From: an uncultured Gemmatimonadales bacterium
Lineage (GTDB): Bacteria > Gemmatimonadota > Gemmatimonadetes > Gemmatimonadales > GWC2-71-9
NCBI GenBank assembly: GCA_963695555.1
Contig: CAVOGR010000002.1
Coordinates: 352,001 to 416,000 of the forward strand
Length of the DNA stretch: 64,000 nt
Reading direction: 5' to 3'
Positions within the stretch are counted from its first letter, which is position 1, and every line of letters begins with the position of its first letter. Positions 61,334 to 64,000 of this stretch are shown piece by piece. The notes beneath the pieces were generated by a model that saw only the letters and a program-made list of their open reading frames with translations, did not search any database and had not been told where the DNA came from. Position numbers and translations under genes: made by a program.

Positions 61334-62229
61334 TGCCCGCCTTTGCGAAAGAGAGCCGACAGGAACCCGTCCTTCTTGGGCTGATCGCTCTCGGCGGCAG
61401 TGCAAAAAGCCTTGGCGAACTCGTCTACCGTTTTGCACCGCTGGGATAATTCGCGCTCGAGGCCGGCCATGACCGCGTTCTCGACTTCCTTCGAAAACTT
61501 GCGGCCCTTGACCGCCTGGTTCAGCGGGGTAGGCGGTTGCGACAGGAGTTGCTGAAAGAGCTCTCGAGGTGTGCGGCCGCTAAAGGGCAGGGTGCCGGTC
61601 AGGAGCGAATACGCAATGGTGGCGAGGCTGTAGACGTCGGCCTGCTCATGCACCAGTTCGCCGCTGAGGGCCTCGGGTGCCACGTACTGGAGGGTCCCGA
61701 CGAAGAATCCTGCACGCGTCAGCCGGTCTTCTGGGCTGAGCTCGGCGTCGCGGGCAATCCCGAAATCCAGCAGTTTGGCCGTCCGCGTTGCCGGGTCGTA
61801 CATGATGTTGGCCGGCTTCAGATCGCGGTGAATGATGCCCGCGCTATGGGCGGTGGAAAGGGCAGCGGCAAGTTGACTGACGATCGTGGCCGTGAGGTCC
61901 AGGCTGAGGGGCCCCGACCGGGTCAGGAACGTCGCCAGGGGCTCCCCGGCGGCCCACTCGAGCGCCAGGTAATGCAGCCCGTCGGCGTCGCCGTAGTCGA
62001 ACGTTCGGACGACGTTGGGATGAACGACGCGCACGCCGTAGTCGGCTTCCCGCAGGAACCGTTTGATGGCCACCGGATCCTGGCGCAGGCGCGGGCGCAG
62101 CACCTTCACGGCTGCCTGCCCCCGCTCGGGGTGCTCCGCGCGGTACACCGTGGCAGTGCCGCCCTCTCCAACCCGTTGGAGCAGGCGGTACCCCGCTATG
62201 ATCCGACCAACCAGGTTTTCGTCGTTCAT
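61330..62229 (-). CDS. Cytoplasmic Ser/Thr protein kinase (catalytic domain only)
   Basis: VGEGGTATVY, AAVK, HRDLKPAN, LDFGIA, GTLQYVAPE; no TM. Confidence 0.92.
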   Translation of the reverse strand: MNDENLVGRIIAGYRLLQRVGEGGTATVYRAEHPERGQAAVKVLRPRLRQDPVAIKRFLREADYGVRVVHPNVVRTFDYGDADGLHYLALEWAAGEPLATFLTRSGPLSLDLTATIVSQLAAALSTAHSAGIIHRDLKPANIMYDPATRTAKLLDFGIARDAELSPEDRLTRAGFFVGTLQYVAPEALSGELVHEQADVYSLATIAYSLLTGTLPFSGRTPRELFQQLLSQPPTPLNQAVKGRKFSKEVENAVMAGLERELSQRCKTVDEFAKAFCTAAESDQPKKDGFLSALFRKGGQ

Positions 62230-62384
62230 AATGCAGGGCCAAGCTACTCCGTTGTGATACCGGCAGCAACCCGCGCCAGGTGCCCCGATGGGCGTAAGGC
62301 TCGGCTTGACGCCTCTCCGCCCGGGCCGCTAAGCTTGGCGAGGAATCTCCGGCCCCCTAGCCGCCACTCGCTTCCGAGGGAACC

Positions 62385-63728
62385 GTGATCCGTCGAGCAA
62401 CGTTGTTGGTCCTGGCCGCTTTGGTACCGCTTGGGTGCGGCACGTGGCGTCGGGCGGGGTCTCCCGACACACCCGCGAGCCCCCAGGAACAATTCTCCGG
62501 GCTGTTTGACGTTCAGGGAGCCTACCGGCGGATGGGTCGGTTTGCATCCGGTCCGCCCATTCAATTCATCGGCACGATGGCCACCGCGGCCGGCCCTGGA
62601 GATTCGGCAGTGGCTGTGCTCGGATTGTCGTTGGAGAATCGATCCCTGGTGTTTCAGCGAGACGGGGATGGCTTTGTCGCGCGGTACCGTGCCGAGGTCA
62701 CCCTCGAACGCCCTGGCGACCCTCCGATCGAGGTCCGCAGAGAAGAGACCGTGCGGGTCGCGACATTCAAGGAAACGCTTCGGGCGGACGAAAGCATCAT
62801 CTTTCAGCAGAGCTTCCACCTGGTCCCGGGGGACTATCATATCGTGATCTCCATTCGCGATCTGGCGGCCCCATCACGGAGCGCGACGGAAGGCGACTTC
62901 ACCGTGCGCACCTTTGCGCCCGGCACCACGTCGGAGCCGATAATCGTGTACCAGGTTACCGGACGGGCTTCGCGAAGCGACCCGCTCGCAGTGCTGCTCA
63001 ACGCGCGTGGGTCTGTTGCCTACGGCGGCGACACCCTGTTGGCTTACGTGGAGGGATACGATTTTACCCAGCCGACCCTGGTCCCGTACGAGGTCCGGGA
63101 CCGGGAGGACAGCGTCGTCTTCCGGGATTCACTCCGCTTCGCGGGCGGGCAGGCAATCGAAGGCCAGGTGATCCGTCTGGCGCCCGACAGCCAGCCGCTC
63201 GGAGAACTGACGATACAGGTCGGCACGTCGCCCAACGAGCGTTCGGCGATGGCCCTCGTGTCATTCTCGGAGGCCTGGATCGTGACCAACTTCGAGGACA
63301 TGATCGACCTCCTGCGGTACTTCGGCCAAGATCAGAAGCTCAGTGCCCTCAAGAACGCCCCGGAGGCGGAGCGACCGGGGCTGTGGCAGGAGTTTTATCG
63401 CGACACCGATCCCAACAAGATCACGCCGGAGAACGAGGCGTTGGACGCGTACCTCCAGCGTGTTGCAATGGCCAATCTTCGCTTCCGGGGAGAGGATCGT
63501 CCGGGGTGGCGTACCGACCGGGGCGAAGTGTTCATCACGCTTGGCGACCCCGACGACACCTTCGACGCGAGCCCGACCAGCCAGGGTCGCATCATTCGCT
63601 GGACCTTCACCAGCCTGCGCCTCACCGTGTACTTCGAAGATGCTAGTGGGTTCGGGCGGTTCCGGCTGACCCCCGCCTCGCGCGCCCAGTACGAGAACGT
63701 GCTGAACCGGGTTCGGCGCTCGCAGTAG
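62385..63728 (+). CDS. GWxTD domain-containing lipoprotein
   Basis: Lipobox PLGC; W..F...DP...T.ENE..Y.QRV..AN..F...PGWRTDRG.V.I.LG.PD; upstream TTGACG-N18-TAAGCT promoter candidate. Confidence 0.88.
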   Translation: MIRRATLLVLAALVPLGCGTWRRAGSPDTPASPQEQFSGLFDVQGAYRRMGRFASGPPIQFIGTMATAAGPGDSAVAVLGLSLENRSLVFQRDGDGFVARYRAEVTLERPGDPPIEVRREETVRVATFKETLRADESIIFQQSFHLVPGDYHIVISIRDLAAPSRSATEGDFTVRTFAPGTTSEPIIVYQVTGRASRSDPLAVLLNARGSVAYGGDTLLAYVEGYDFTQPTLVPYEVRDREDSVVFRDSLRFAGGQAIEGQVIRLAPDSQPLGELTIQVGTSPNERSAMALVSFSEAWIVTNFEDMIDLLRYFGQDQKLSALKNAPEAERPGLWQEFYRDTDPNKITPENEALDAYLQRVAMANLRFRGEDRPGWRTDRGEVFITLGDPDDTFDASPTSQGRIIRWTFTSLRLTVYFEDASGFGRFRLTPASRAQYENVLNRVRRSQ

Positions 63729-63808
63729 CACCGGCCCGTTTCTCGGTTCCTCTAGGCGCCCGGCCCGTTGCCGGGCCGCTCACTTCTTCCCGGATCCTGC
63801 CGGTCCCG

Positions 63809-64000
63809 ATGCCCCATCACGATCCGCCACAACTCTTTCTAGTAGACGGATACGCCCTGGTGTATCGCGCGTTCTTCGCGATGATCGCCCGCCCGTTGCG
63901 CACGTCGAAAGGAGCAAATACGTCGGCGGCCTGGGGGGTCGCCAATTTCCTGCTCCGCTTACGCGAGCGCTATCGTCCCGACTACCTGGCCTGGATCCAT
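63809..64000 (+). CDS. polA: DNA polymerase I, 5'-3' exonuclease N-terminus (3'-truncated by window edge)
   Basis: Translated by hand: MPHHDPPQLFLVDGYALVYRAFFAMIARPLRTSKGANTSAAWGVANFLLRL..RPDYLAW. Confidence 0.9.
   Translation, partial: MPHHDPPQLFLVDGYALVYRAFFAMIARPLRTSKGANTSAAWGVANFLLRLRERYRPDYLAWIH

Overview
High-GC bacterial chromosome segment. Gemmatimonadota is my inference from the gene repertoire (Ser/Thr kinase-TPR fusion, GWxTD lipoprotein, HEAT/HD-GYP pair) and is not verified. The window spans the likely replication origin: mnmE-yidC-yidD-rnpA-rpmH <> dnaA-[oriC with DnaA-trios]-dnaN. It also carries rnpB, tRNA-Phe(GAA), a TPP riboswitch ahead of thiC, a SahR-type repressor with ahcY behind a perfect 24-bp operator palindrome, and housekeeping genes (upp, holA, mutS, cystathionine beta-synthase, ddl, pyrE, 5' end of polA). 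I saw no mobile element, prophage or CRISPR array. Three modules deserve most attention. (1) A self-contained sigma54 redox module at 50.0-56.3 kb: heme-c-motif sensor kinase, NtrC-type activator, sigma54/IHF-like promoter, degenerate receiver-like protein, membrane-anchored receiver, and a nonaheme cytochrome c/cytochrome b fusion. (2) A translationally coupled zinc-metallopeptidase plus non-canonical Ddl-like ATP-grasp ligase pair, followed by a Tat-signal PLP enzyme. (3) A HEAT-repeat protein and an HD-GYP protein that share an unnamed N-terminal 'YPxGHP' domain. Three genes carry single-base frameshifts at short homopolymers, most likely sequencing or assembly errors.
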